Below, piece after piece: positions 1 through 8,409 of a stretch of DNA of 41,685 bases; the first letter of the stretch is position 1; each line of letters begins with the position of its first letter. This stretch comes from Prasinococcaceae sp. CCMP 1430 (Eukaryota; Plantae; Prasinodermophyta), in contig RQSC01000456.1 of the NCBI GenBank assembly GCA_013416795.1, positions 12,192 to 53,876 on the forward strand. Reading direction: 5' to 3'. The notes beneath the pieces were generated by a model. The model was not told the DNA's origin and did no database searches. It saw only the letters and a program-made list of their open reading frames with translations. Position numbers and translations under genes: made by a program.

Positions 1-331
1 CCCCGCCCCCGCCCCGTGCGCCCGCCCGCGCACCCGCGCGCACCCGCGCGCCAGCGCACCCACCAAACGCCCAAAAATCTCCCAACAGGCATAATTCGAT
101 CCTTTCTTCCGTGGTATGAATTCATTTGTGAGGTCATTTCATTGGTGCTTCCCAATTGTGATTGCAGTGGCATTTTGCGATAATTAGAGCGGCTTATCCG
201 CTGCGATAAGCCGCTTCGCCCAAGGCAGCGCCACACAGCGCGCGCTCGGCCGGCGGGGGCGCGGGCGTGCACTCGCCCCTCTGGCGGGCGGGCGGGGGGG
301 GGGTGCGAGGGGCGGCGCGGGGATGGCGATN

Positions 332-630
332 GCCCGGCCCGTAAAAGCCCGAGAGGCGGCGCGCGTGGAAGGCCTCGTACGTCTCGGCGGGCAGCGTGCG
401 CGGCAGCCCCGGCACCAGGCAGTCCACCGGCGCGTAGGGGCTGGGCACGCAGAAGTACGCGATCGCCTGGCGCGTCGCGCCGCCGGGCAGCCACGTCGGG
501 CGCGCCACGCGGTGCAGCGTCGCTTTGAGCTGCCCGCCCGACCAGCGCGTGAGTATCTGGCCCACGTTCATCAGCAGCGACCCCTCGCGCGGCCGCACGC
601 GCCGCCACGCGAGCGCCGCGCCGCCGCCGC
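332..630 (-). CDS. 2-oxoglutarate/Fe(II) dioxygenase (IPNS/DIOX-like), C-terminal fragment only
   Basis: In ORF 194..1162: WRRVRPREGSLLMNVGQILTRWSGGQLKATLHRV...RQAIAYF. This matches the family pattern (vNvGd.l..wSnG..kst.HRV...R.SiayF) with the distal Fe-ligand His and the 2OG-binding Arg. The HxD half is absent and the 3' end runs into the N at 331. Confidence 0.7.
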
Positions 631-673
631 TCGCGCCGGGGGCGTGAGCGCGGCGGCGGGCGGGGCGCGGTGG

Positions 674-1093
674 ATGGCGAAGGGCAACCCCGCCAACGCG
701 GGCAGCAACGCGGGCGGCAGCAAGATGAGCAAGGAGGACGAGGCGTTCCTCAAGTGGATGACGCGGCCCGTCGAGAGGCCGCAGCACACGGCCGAGCAGC
801 GCGCCGAGCACGCCGAGCGGGCCAAGGAGTACTCGCGGCGCATGATGCGCGAGGAGAAGCGACGGTCGAAGCAGCTGGCGGCGATGGTGCGCGCAAGGCG
901 CGCGGCGCTCAAGGCGCTGCCCGAGGGGCTGCGCGCGGCCGCGGAAAAGCCCGACCTCACGCCTGCGCCTCTGCACCGGCACATGGCGGAGCACACGCAC
1001 GCCGTGCCGGGCTTCTCTGCGGCGGTGCGCAAGGCCGGGGCGAAGGCGGAGGGCGGCGACAGCGATAATCCGCTCGCCGGCATCGTGGGCTGA
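674..1093 (+). CDS. MRPL40: Mitochondrial ribosomal protein mL40 (plant-type); 5' end/transit peptide probably incomplete
   Basis: AKEYSRRMMR...AALKALPEGLRAAAEKPDLTPAPLHRHMAEHT resembles plant mL40 (AKEYSRvLMR...AIEALPE.L.AAAL.PDLTPFP). First in-frame ATG after 323 is at 674; stop at 1091-1093. Confidence 0.8.
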   Translation: MAKGNPANAGSNAGGSKMSKEDEAFLKWMTRPVERPQHTAEQRAEHAERAKEYSRRMMREEKRRSKQLAAMVRARRAALKALPEGLRAAAEKPDLTPAPLHRHMAEHTHAVPGFSAAVRKAGAKAEGGDSDNPLAGIVG

Positions 1094-1377
1094 ACTTCCA
1101 GGGCGGCGGCTCGAAGGGCGGCGAGCGCTCAGTGCGCGCCACGCGCGCGCGCCTTCGCGCACTCTCTCGTATATTTTTTCTCAAGCTATTAATACCATTC
1201 CCCCTCCTCTCAGGACCACCCGCGCGCCTGCGCGCGCTGCCGGCGCGCTCGGACGGCCGGTCCTCGCACGCGCCTCGCTCGCTACTCTCGCAGGCCGCAC
1301 GTCGATGTTGTCAGCCTCCGTCGTCTCGCCGCTCCGGTGCCCTGAACAGGTCGCGGTGCGCGCACCCCCGCCGCGCA

Positions 1378-2012
1378 TCAGTCCGCCAGCTGCGGGCAGC
1401 AGGCGCGAGCGTCAGCGCGGGGCACCGAGCTGCGCGTGGGGTGCGCTCCTGCGCGCGGGCTCACACTCGGCTCGCCCGCAGGGACGAACGCGCACGATCG
1501 GGGGTGTCTCCCACGGAGCGGCGAGCGCGCCAGCCGCGAGCGCGCGCGTGCGCGCACCAGCGCGCGCGCGTGTGAGAGAGAGAGCGCAGGAGGGAGAGGG
1601 GACAGGGAGAGAGCGCGCACCTGCCACAGCCCGAGCGCCGGTCCCACGAAGCGGATGCACACCCAGATGAAGGCCAGCGCGAACGAGCCGTACCACGCCG
1701 TCTCGTTGAGCCACCATAGGAGGCCCTTCTGCCCGACGTAGGCGCTGTAGAGCTTGCCGGGCAGCGACTTGCCCTCGAAATCGGGGTCCTCCCAGAACGG
1801 CGGCAGCTCGTCCTTGCCGACGTCCGTGCTCGCGCGCACCGAGGGCATCATGCGGCGCGGCTCGGCCGCGGCGCCGCGGCTCGCCGCCGAGCGGTTTGCC
1901 TTCTTGCCCTTCTTCGCCCCGCCGCCGGCCTTGAGCAGCGCCTCCATCTCCGCGATGGAGTCGTCGCCGTCGGCGCCGCCCCCCTCGGCGCGCGCCGCCG
2001 CGCGCCGCGTCC
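1378..2012 (-). CDS. Conserved green-lineage single-TM protein (probably plastid membrane), unknown function; intron 1620..1390; start lost at the N join (2013)
   Basis: ELPPFWEDP...GQKGLLWWLNETAWYGSFALAFIWVCIRFVGPALGLWQ|LAD*. Donor CAG|GTGCGC at 1620, GCTGAC branch point at 1416-1411, CCCGCAG acceptor at 1390. Family resemblance is from memory, without a name. Confidence 0.65.
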
Positions 2013-2015
2013 NAC

Positions 2016-3029
2016 ATGAGCGCGTGGCGGCACGCGCCGCTCGTGGCGCGGCGCGACGGGGGGGGGCGACTCTCACGCAGGCGAGCCGCGCGCGCGCAGG
2101 CGAAGCGCGTGCGCTTCGGCGGCGGCGGCGGCGGCGGAGCAAATGATCGGCTGCGGGAGACCATCAGTGACTCGCGCGCCGAGCGTGGCGGCGCGGCCAG
2201 GCCTGAGGGCGTGCGCGGGGAAGGCGGTGCACGGAGGGATGCCAATGGCGTCAACGGCCGCGTGGAGCGTCCCAATGGCAGCACGGCGGGCGCGTCAAGC
2301 ATGGCCAAGAGGCTTGGCTCAGTGCTCGGCGGCGCGGGCGCGGCTCTGCTGCGCGAGCGGCGCGCGCGGGCGGACGAGGTGGCGTTGGATGTGCCCGAAG
2401 CGGTGGGGGATGGGATGGCGGAGGTCGGCGCCGGGGTGGAGGGCGCGCTGGAGGGCGCCGCGGACGGCTCCGCCGCCGCGAGCGCGGCCGACGCGGCGAT
2501 GGACGACTTCTTCGCCGACGAGCGCGTGCTGCTCGAGTACAACCGCGCGCGGCGCATGCAGGCGCTCAACGGCGCCCCCGCGGACTTCCCCACCTTTTTG
2601 CGCGACGGCTTCGAGGCAACGGTGGTGACGCCGCCCGAGACGGACTACGTGGTCGGCAGCGACGGCCTGCTGACGCTCGACTTCGAGTTGGGCACCGGGC
2701 GCGCGCCCGGCCCCACCGACGAGGTCGTATTCGAGTACAAGGTGTACAACGAGGCGGGCAAGCTCATCGACGGCACGTACAACAAGGAGACGCCCGGACA
2801 GACGCGCCTCGGCCTCGGGGGCCTCATCCCGGGCGTCGAGGAGGGGATGCTCGGCATGCGCGTCGGCGGCAGGCGGCGCATCGTGTGCCCGCCGGAGCTC
2901 GGCCCGCCCGTGGGGCCGCAGACGTTCTTCATGAGCAGGCAGTACGAGGTCTTCGACGTGAAGCTGCTCGAGGTCCACACGTGCACGGAGAAGCAGGTGC
3001 TCTTCACCAAGCGCTCCGTGTGCGAGTGA
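2016..3029 (+). CDS. FKBP20-2: Thylakoid-lumen FKBP-type peptidyl-prolyl isomerase, FKBP20-2-like
   Basis: FKBP domain (LIPGVEEGMLGMRVGGRRRIVCPPELGPPVGPQTFF..QYEVFDVKLL) plus the C-terminal Cys pair (TCTEK...VCE*) characteristic of FKBP20-2. Long Arg/Ala-rich N-terminal targeting region. Confidence 0.88.
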   Translation: MSAWRHAPLVARRDGGGRLSRRRAARAQAKRVRFGGGGGGGANDRLRETISDSRAERGGAARPEGVRGEGGARRDANGVNGRVERPNGSTAGASSMAKRLGSVLGGAGAALLRERRARADEVALDVPEAVGDGMAEVGAGVEGALEGAADGSAAASAADAAMDDFFADERVLLEYNRARRMQALNGAPADFPTFLRDGFEATVVTPPETDYVVGSDGLLTLDFELGTGRAPGPTDEVVFEYKVYNEAGKLIDGTYNKETPGQTRLGLGGLIPGVEEGMLGMRVGGRRRIVCPPELGPPVGPQTFFMSRQYEVFDVKLLEVHTCTEKQVLFTKRSVCE

Positions 3030-3777
3030 GAGGCCCCGCCGCGCGCGAGTAATATTTGCCAGTGAGGACTGCGACCACAGCGCCGCTCTCTGCCTTGCAA
3101 GGTGGGCTCGGAGCACGTGGACACGCACACACAGCACACATGCAGTGCCGTACGTGCCGCGTCCCCCCCTTCATTCCCCCCTGGGCCGTTTTCGACCTCG
3201 AGCGCCAGCCACTCTGCGCGCCGCTGGCGGCTACCCCCTTCCCCCCCCACCCCCACCCCCCGACCCTCACCCTGTTCCCCCTCGTCCCCTCGCCGCAGTC
3301 GCCGCCGCCGCACCTGCCGACAGCAGCTCCAAGCGCGACTTTCCGGTCGTTCATCCCCCGCGAATCCGAATCCGCGCGTTTGGTGCGCGCTCTCCGCGCG
3401 CCTTCCGAGCGGCGCGAACTCTTCCGGGCCGGCTCGGGCGAAAATCGGTCGACCTCGTTCGGGCGTCGCCGGACGCTCAACCGCTTCCGTCCGCTCCGGC
3501 GGCCCGCTCGAGCAGATTTGACCTCGCACGTGCATGCGAATGACTGAAATCGCCTTGCGGAATAGTATTTCAAATACTATTTGAGTTGGAAGCAAGCGAT
3601 TTCAGTTGTGCGGCGGGATGAAACTCACACTGAAAGACGGGGGAAAAAGAGCCTTCAAAAAAGCCTTTCTCGAATGGGTTCCGGGCGGAGGGCGAAACCG
3701 CAACCCCTTCGACGCGCACATTTGGGTGAGAGCGAGCGAACCCTACCTGCATCGCGCGCGCGCGCCGCGGAAGGCGT

Positions 3778-3791
3778 ATCAAATTGAATGG
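3778..3791 (+). promoter_or_regulatory. RTCAAATYG candidate promoter motif upstream of profilin
   Basis: ATCAAATTGAATGG, 13/14 identical to 7281-7294. The motif recurs in six upstream/intergenic regions. Confidence 0.5.
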
Positions 3792-4158
3792 GCGGGGACG
3801 CGCCGGCGCGGCGATCGCAGCTTTTCGCGGCCGCCCGGCTCGCGCTAGGTCGCGAGGGGGTGCGAGGGAGAGGGGCCGCGGGGTTGCGCCGAGGTCGCCC
3901 GCCAACGCGCGCGCGCGCGGCTTGGGAGCGTCGCGTGGGCGTTGGGATGGATGCGGTGGGGCGAGGTTGGCTGGGGCTAGGACGTTTGGCATGCATGCTC
4001 CGAGCCACGCCTCCCTACGCCACGCCGTTCCTCGACCCTATGCTGGCCGCCCGCCCGCCCGGCCGCCCGCCTGCCCCGGCTGCGCCGACGGCGCGCTGAC
4101 ACGCGCTCGCCGCGTGTCACGATCGGTGGGCGCGCGCGCGCGCGCGCGACGCGCGCAG

Positions 4159-4629
4159 TACATCGATGACAGCATGATGTCGACCGGCGCGCTGGCCTCG
4201 GCGTGCATCGTGGGCTTTGACGGGCAAATTTACGCGCAGAGCGCCGACTTCCCGGCCATTACCGCGTCACAGGTCCAGACCTTCAAAGCCAACATCGCCA
4301 ACCCGGACGCCCTCGGCGCGACCGGCCTCATGGTCGGCGACAACAAGTTCTACACTGTGGCCTGCGACCCGGGCAGCGTGCTTCGCGGCAGGAAGGGCGC
4401 GAGCGGCATCTGCATCGCCATGGCCAAGACCTGCTTCCTGATCGGCATTTATGGCGAGGGCCAGCAGGCTGGTGATGTCAACAACATTGTGGAGAGCTTG
4501 TGCGACTACCTGAAGGTGCGAGTCCTTGTCTAGACTGTCGAAGTCGAGCGCCAGCCAAAGCGAGCGAGTGCGAGTGTGCTGACCGCTCCTTCTTGGCCTG
4601 CCGTCGCCCTGCAGGACCAAGGGTGTTAA
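4159..4629 (+). CDS. PRF: Profilin; exons 4159-4515 and 4615-4629; short first exon not located
   Basis: YIDDSMMSTGALASACIVGFDGQIYAQS...LRGRKGASGICIAMAKTCFLIGIYGEG...VESLCDYLK|DQGC* is a typical profilin. Intron 4516-4614 runs GTGCGA...GCTGAC...CTGCAG. Upstream acceptor at 4157-4158 with GCTGAC at 4095. Confidence 0.92.
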
Positions 4630-5019
4630 ATCCCTGGGTGTCGCAGCACGTACGAGGTCAGCGCGGTGCGCCGCTGCGTTCCGGGAGAGATCGCCGGGCG
4701 AGGCCGAGCAGGCCGGGCGCCCACGCAGCCCGGCGTTTGCAGCATGCGCATGCGCACCACACGCGCGCGCGCGCACACGCACATCGCACGCGCCGTACTG
4801 GTACTGTATGTACTTCTCGTGTAAGTGACACGGCATTTAAATATACGGTGCGTCGCCACCGATCGACGGAGACGCCGCCGAAGGCGCCAGCGCACGCAGG
4901 AGGCGAAGAGGGGTGCGCTGGGCGAGCCCGCCTCTTCTCTTCATTGGTGTGTCTTCTGATGGCATAATGAAGCGGACAGGGAGAGGGTGTTCCCGGTCCG
5001 CGGCGCTACTCATGGCGCA

Positions 5020-6417
5020 TCACAGCTTCGAGTACGCGCCGCCCGTCGACGGTACGGTGCGCGACTTATCGCCGAGCTCACCTCCGTCTGTCGTATTTCG
5101 TCGGAAGCGCTGAATGCCCAGGTAGTGCGTCACCTTGCCGCTGTCGGAGTGGAGCGGAATGAGCTCCAGGTCGTTAACCAGCTCAGTGCCGTCCTTATGG
5201 TAATTCATTATGCGCACGCGGCAGGCGCGGCCCTCGGCGATGGCGGAGCGTATCGCGGAAAGGGCCTCTGTGTCCACGTCGTTGGTTGACTGCAGAAAGC
5301 GGCAGTCGCGGCCAAGGATCTCCTCGACGGAGTATCCCGTCTGCAGCACGAAGTTATCGTTGCAGTACACGATGGGGCCGTCGCCCTTGGGGGTCATGTG
5401 GGACACGCAGAGCGCATGCGGCGTCCAGCTCACCAGGTGCTCGACGAGCGAGCGCGACTGCTCGTCGACGGTGTCCAGTGAGCCGTGGTTGAAAGCGGTG
5501 GAGGGGAGCGTCGGCGACACATCCATACGCGGGCCGGAGCCTTCGTCCGCGACCCCGAAGTTTTCGATCTCAGGCTTGAGTTTGGCGAGCCACGCCCTCA
5601 TGCCAGCGGCCGTGGGATGCAGCGCGTCGCGCATGAGATCCGAGCGCAGCGCCGTGCCGTCCTCGGTGAGGAAGCACTCAGCACAGTCCACGTACTTGAC
5701 TAGGCCGCCGGAGCCTGCCGCGAGCGCGGCCAGCCTCCGATTGACGTGACCGATGACCGCGGTGTGTGCCCCCGGTTGCGCGTACTTGCTGACCTTGTAG
5801 CCAGCGGCCAGCGGTGTCGGTTCCTCGGCGACGCCAGAGTGATACGTCGAGTCCTCCCCAGGCGCGGGCGGCATCTGCGCCCTGGCGCCCACCGGCGGCC
5901 CTCTCGGCAGTATCCCGGGCAACAGCACTTTGGAGCCCGGCAGTCTTGTCAGCACCTCGCCGATGCACGCCCGCAGGCCAAGAAAAATGTCGTGGGCCTC
6001 GTCGTTGTCGCGCCCGACGTTGTTCGTCCCTATTGTGATCACCACGACGCGCGGCGGGTGGCGGAACTCGAGCTCGCCGTTGCGCACGCGGTAGAGCAGG
6101 TGCTGCGTGCGGTCGCCGCTGATGCCAAAGGCGAAGACGTCCCCGCGCGGGAACGCCTCGCGGAACGCCTCGCTGCGCGGGCGCAGCTCGTCGTACGCCT
6201 CGGAGAACTGCGTGCCGCGCATCGCCTCGGTGATCGAGTCGCCCAGGAAGAGCACTCGGCAGCGCGGGCGGCCGGCGATGCCCGCCTCTCGCGCCTCGCG
6301 CACGAAAGTGTCGTGCAGCGCCCGCCACGCGTCGGCGCGCTCCTCGGGGAGCGCCGCGTGCGGGCGGCCGTGGCGCGCCGCGCGCGCCGCGTTGTCGACC
6401 ATGCCGAGCGCCACCAT
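5020..6417 (-). CDS. SGNH/GDSL esterase (PAF-acetylhydrolase Ib-like) fused to a C-terminal LOV (flavin-binding PAS) domain
   Basis: Single stop-free ORF (465 aa from ATG 6417). SGNH blocks: LFLGDSIT (Ser 6237-6235), FGISGDRTQHLLYRVRNGEL, ITIGTNN, DALHP (Asp 5628-5626, His 5619-5617). LOV (~5421-5104): IVYCNDNFVLQTGYSVEEILGRDCRFLQ (Cys 5304-5302), NYHKDG, LVNDL, YLGIQ. Confidence 0.93.
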   Translation of the reverse strand: MVALGMVDNAARAARHGRPHAALPEERADAWRALHDTFVREAREAGIAGRPRCRVLFLGDSITEAMRGTQFSEAYDELRPRSEAFREAFPRGDVFAFGISGDRTQHLLYRVRNGELEFRHPPRVVVITIGTNNVGRDNDEAHDIFLGLRACIGEVLTRLPGSKVLLPGILPRGPPVGARAQMPPAPGEDSTYHSGVAEEPTPLAAGYKVSKYAQPGAHTAVIGHVNRRLAALAAGSGGLVKYVDCAECFLTEDGTALRSDLMRDALHPTAAGMRAWLAKLKPEIENFGVADEGSGPRMDVSPTLPSTAFNHGSLDTVDEQSRSLVEHLVSWTPHALCVSHMTPKGDGPIVYCNDNFVLQTGYSVEEILGRDCRFLQSTNDVDTEALSAIRSAIAEGRACRVRIMNYHKDGTELVNDLELIPLHSDSGKVTHYLGIQRFRRNTTDGGELGDKSRTVPSTGGAYSKL

Positions 6418-6884
6418 CGCGCGTCGGGGGCCGGCCCGCCCCAATCCCGACCTCGCGCCTCCTCCCCTCCGTCAACACGCGCCCAACCTCGGCGCGCCGC
6501 CGCGGTCCGCGCGGGGTGTGGCGCCCTGTCCCCCCTCCCCCCCCACACACACCCGGGCGCCGCAGGCGCAGCTGGCAGGCGAGGAGTCATCGCCCGCGCC
6601 ACGTCAGAAACGCGGAAGAGAGAATTTCAAAATTCCTTCCGTAAACTTTTAAGGCTGAGAGCGTTGAAAAACGACTGGAACCTCCAATTCCGATTGCGTA
6701 CCGCACGCGCGTCAAAGCGCACCCGATTCTCGCGCGCGCGCGCCGCGTTCCGTGGTTCCCGCGGGCCGTCTCGCAGCAGCGGTCGTCTCTAGCTACGTAC
6801 CAACTCTGTCCGGAAAAAAACTAACTACGTCAAAATGCACGGTAAAAGTTGGCCGTTTTTGGCCGTAGACCCTTTTCTAGCTTT

Positions 6885-6897
6885 CATTCGATTTGAT
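6885..6897 (-). promoter_or_regulatory. RTCAAATYG candidate promoter motif upstream of the SGNH-LOV gene
   Basis: Plus-strand CATTCGATTTGAT = ATCAAATCGAATG on minus, an exact inverted copy of 7281-7293. Confidence 0.5.
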
Positions 6898-7280
6898 TAG
6901 TATGACTTCGGGTTTATGCGCTCCCGCTCGCCCGCGGTTCCGGCGCCCGCGTCTCGTGCCGCGCCTCCCCTTTTCATTAGGATTGATATTTTCCTCCCCC
7001 CCAAAGCGCGCGCGCGCGCGCGCGTGATGAAAAGCCGTGAAGGCGCCATCATTTACTACCTGCGTCCGGCTTTTCCGTATATGCAGACGGTTCCGAACCG
7101 ATGCGCGAGCGGCGCGCGAATTTTCTTCCGTGGTTTGCATCGGCCGCACTTAGACCCCATCGCATGCGCGCGCGCGCGCGCGCGCGCGCGCGGCCCCCAT
7201 CAAAACGCACGCGCGCGCGCGCGTGGCACGCAATGCATTTTGATTTACAGTCTGCGGGCGCGGCGTGACGGCCGACCTAT

Positions 7281-7294
7281 ATCAAATCGAATGG
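7281..7294 (+). promoter_or_regulatory. RTCAAATYG candidate promoter motif upstream of the NSUN2-like gene
   Basis: ATCAAATCGAATGG in an AT-rich intergenic island. Confidence 0.5.
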
Positions 7295-7540
7295 CCGCGA
7301 TTCCGCGCGCGCGGGCGTCCGCGGGCGCCCCGTTCGGGGCTTCCGGGCTTCGGGTTTCGAGTTGCGGTTTGGTCATAATCCTAGCCGTCACAGTAATCTT
7401 CACTGCATGGCGTGCGCTTAAATGCGCGGTAACCCCATTCTGGGATAGTGTATATCAAAACGAACGAGTTGTTTTTTTTCCGGACAGAGTTGGTAGAGAG
7501 CTAGGGTACGTTGAGGTTTGCTGTATTTGGGTATGAGTAG

Positions 7541-7560
7541 AGGGTTTAGAGGGTTTAGGG
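7541..7560. promoter_or_regulatory. Telo-box-like motif (AGGGTTTAG)x2
   Basis: AGGGTTTAGAGGGTTTAGGG is a degenerate plant-type telomere repeat upstream of an RNA methyltransferase gene. Confidence 0.45.
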
Positions 7561-8287
7561 GCCGCAGTCGGTTATTATTCTGTCGCGGGCGCGGGCGCGT
7601 GTGCGGCACACACCGCGCGCGAGCGGCGGCGGGCAACGCGCGGGCAGGGCGTTCGCTTGTCAGTCCCTCGCATCGACCCTCGCCCTCCCCCACGCTCACA
7701 CCACCGCCGCTGCCGGCCCCATGCGCGCGCGGGCGCACGCACATTCGAAGGGTGGGCAGCTCCGCCCCGCACGCCGAGCGCGAGCGCAGCGGCTGCTGCA
7801 ATCGCCGCAGTCCGCGCGGGCGCCATTTGGTGGCCCAGGGCGGCGTCAGGACGGGTAGGTCTGGCGCGTGTCCCCCCGGCGCTCCGGTGGGTGCCCCGCC
7901 CCCCGGGCCGCCGCTCGTGCGACCGTGCGCTCGCGGCTTCCCTCTTCCGCCCCTCCGCGGCGCGGCGGGGTGCGCTGACCACCGTTCCCCGAGCGGCGCC
8001 CGCAGAAGATGCCCCGGCGGCATGCATTTCATCAGGGTTTACCGCAATGATTGGCATTGTCGAGCGAGCGAGGCACCACAGATCAACGATGGACGATGGA
8101 CCATCAGATCGCACCATCAGATGGTCGATCACCATCTACGTCAAAGGAGATGTAACCCTAACCTTCCGAGCGTGCGCGTTCGGATAGAATCCTGTACTGC
8201 CGGAGCGCCGCGACGCCGCTGCCACTGGGCGGCGCGGCGGCGGTGGCGCGGTGCGGCGGCCTGGCGGCCTGCTACCGCCATGGCGCG

Positions 8288-8408
8288 NNNNNNNNNNNNN
8301 NNNNNNNNNNNNNNNNNNNNNNNNNNNNNNNNNNNNNNNNNNNNNNNNNNNNNNNNNNNNNNNNNNNNNNNNNNNNNNNNNNNNNNNNNNNNNNNNNNNN
8401 NNNNNNNN
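8288..8408. other. Assembly gap (N-run)
   Basis: Run of N; hides the 5' part of the NSUN2-like gene. Confidence 1.
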
Positions 8409-8409
8409 C

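Noticed and set aside
3581-3787. ORF starting MSWKQ as the missing profilin first exon
   Set aside because: It starts with TTG rather than ATG, lies in an AT-rich promoter-like island, and has no donor at the required position.
7740-7826. Signal-peptide-like MAPARTAAIAAAAALALGVRGG on minus as an upstream exon of SGNH-LOV
   Set aside because: Separated from the gene by the promoter-like island carrying an oriented motif, with no convincing matching acceptor. Ala-rich stretches are common by chance here.
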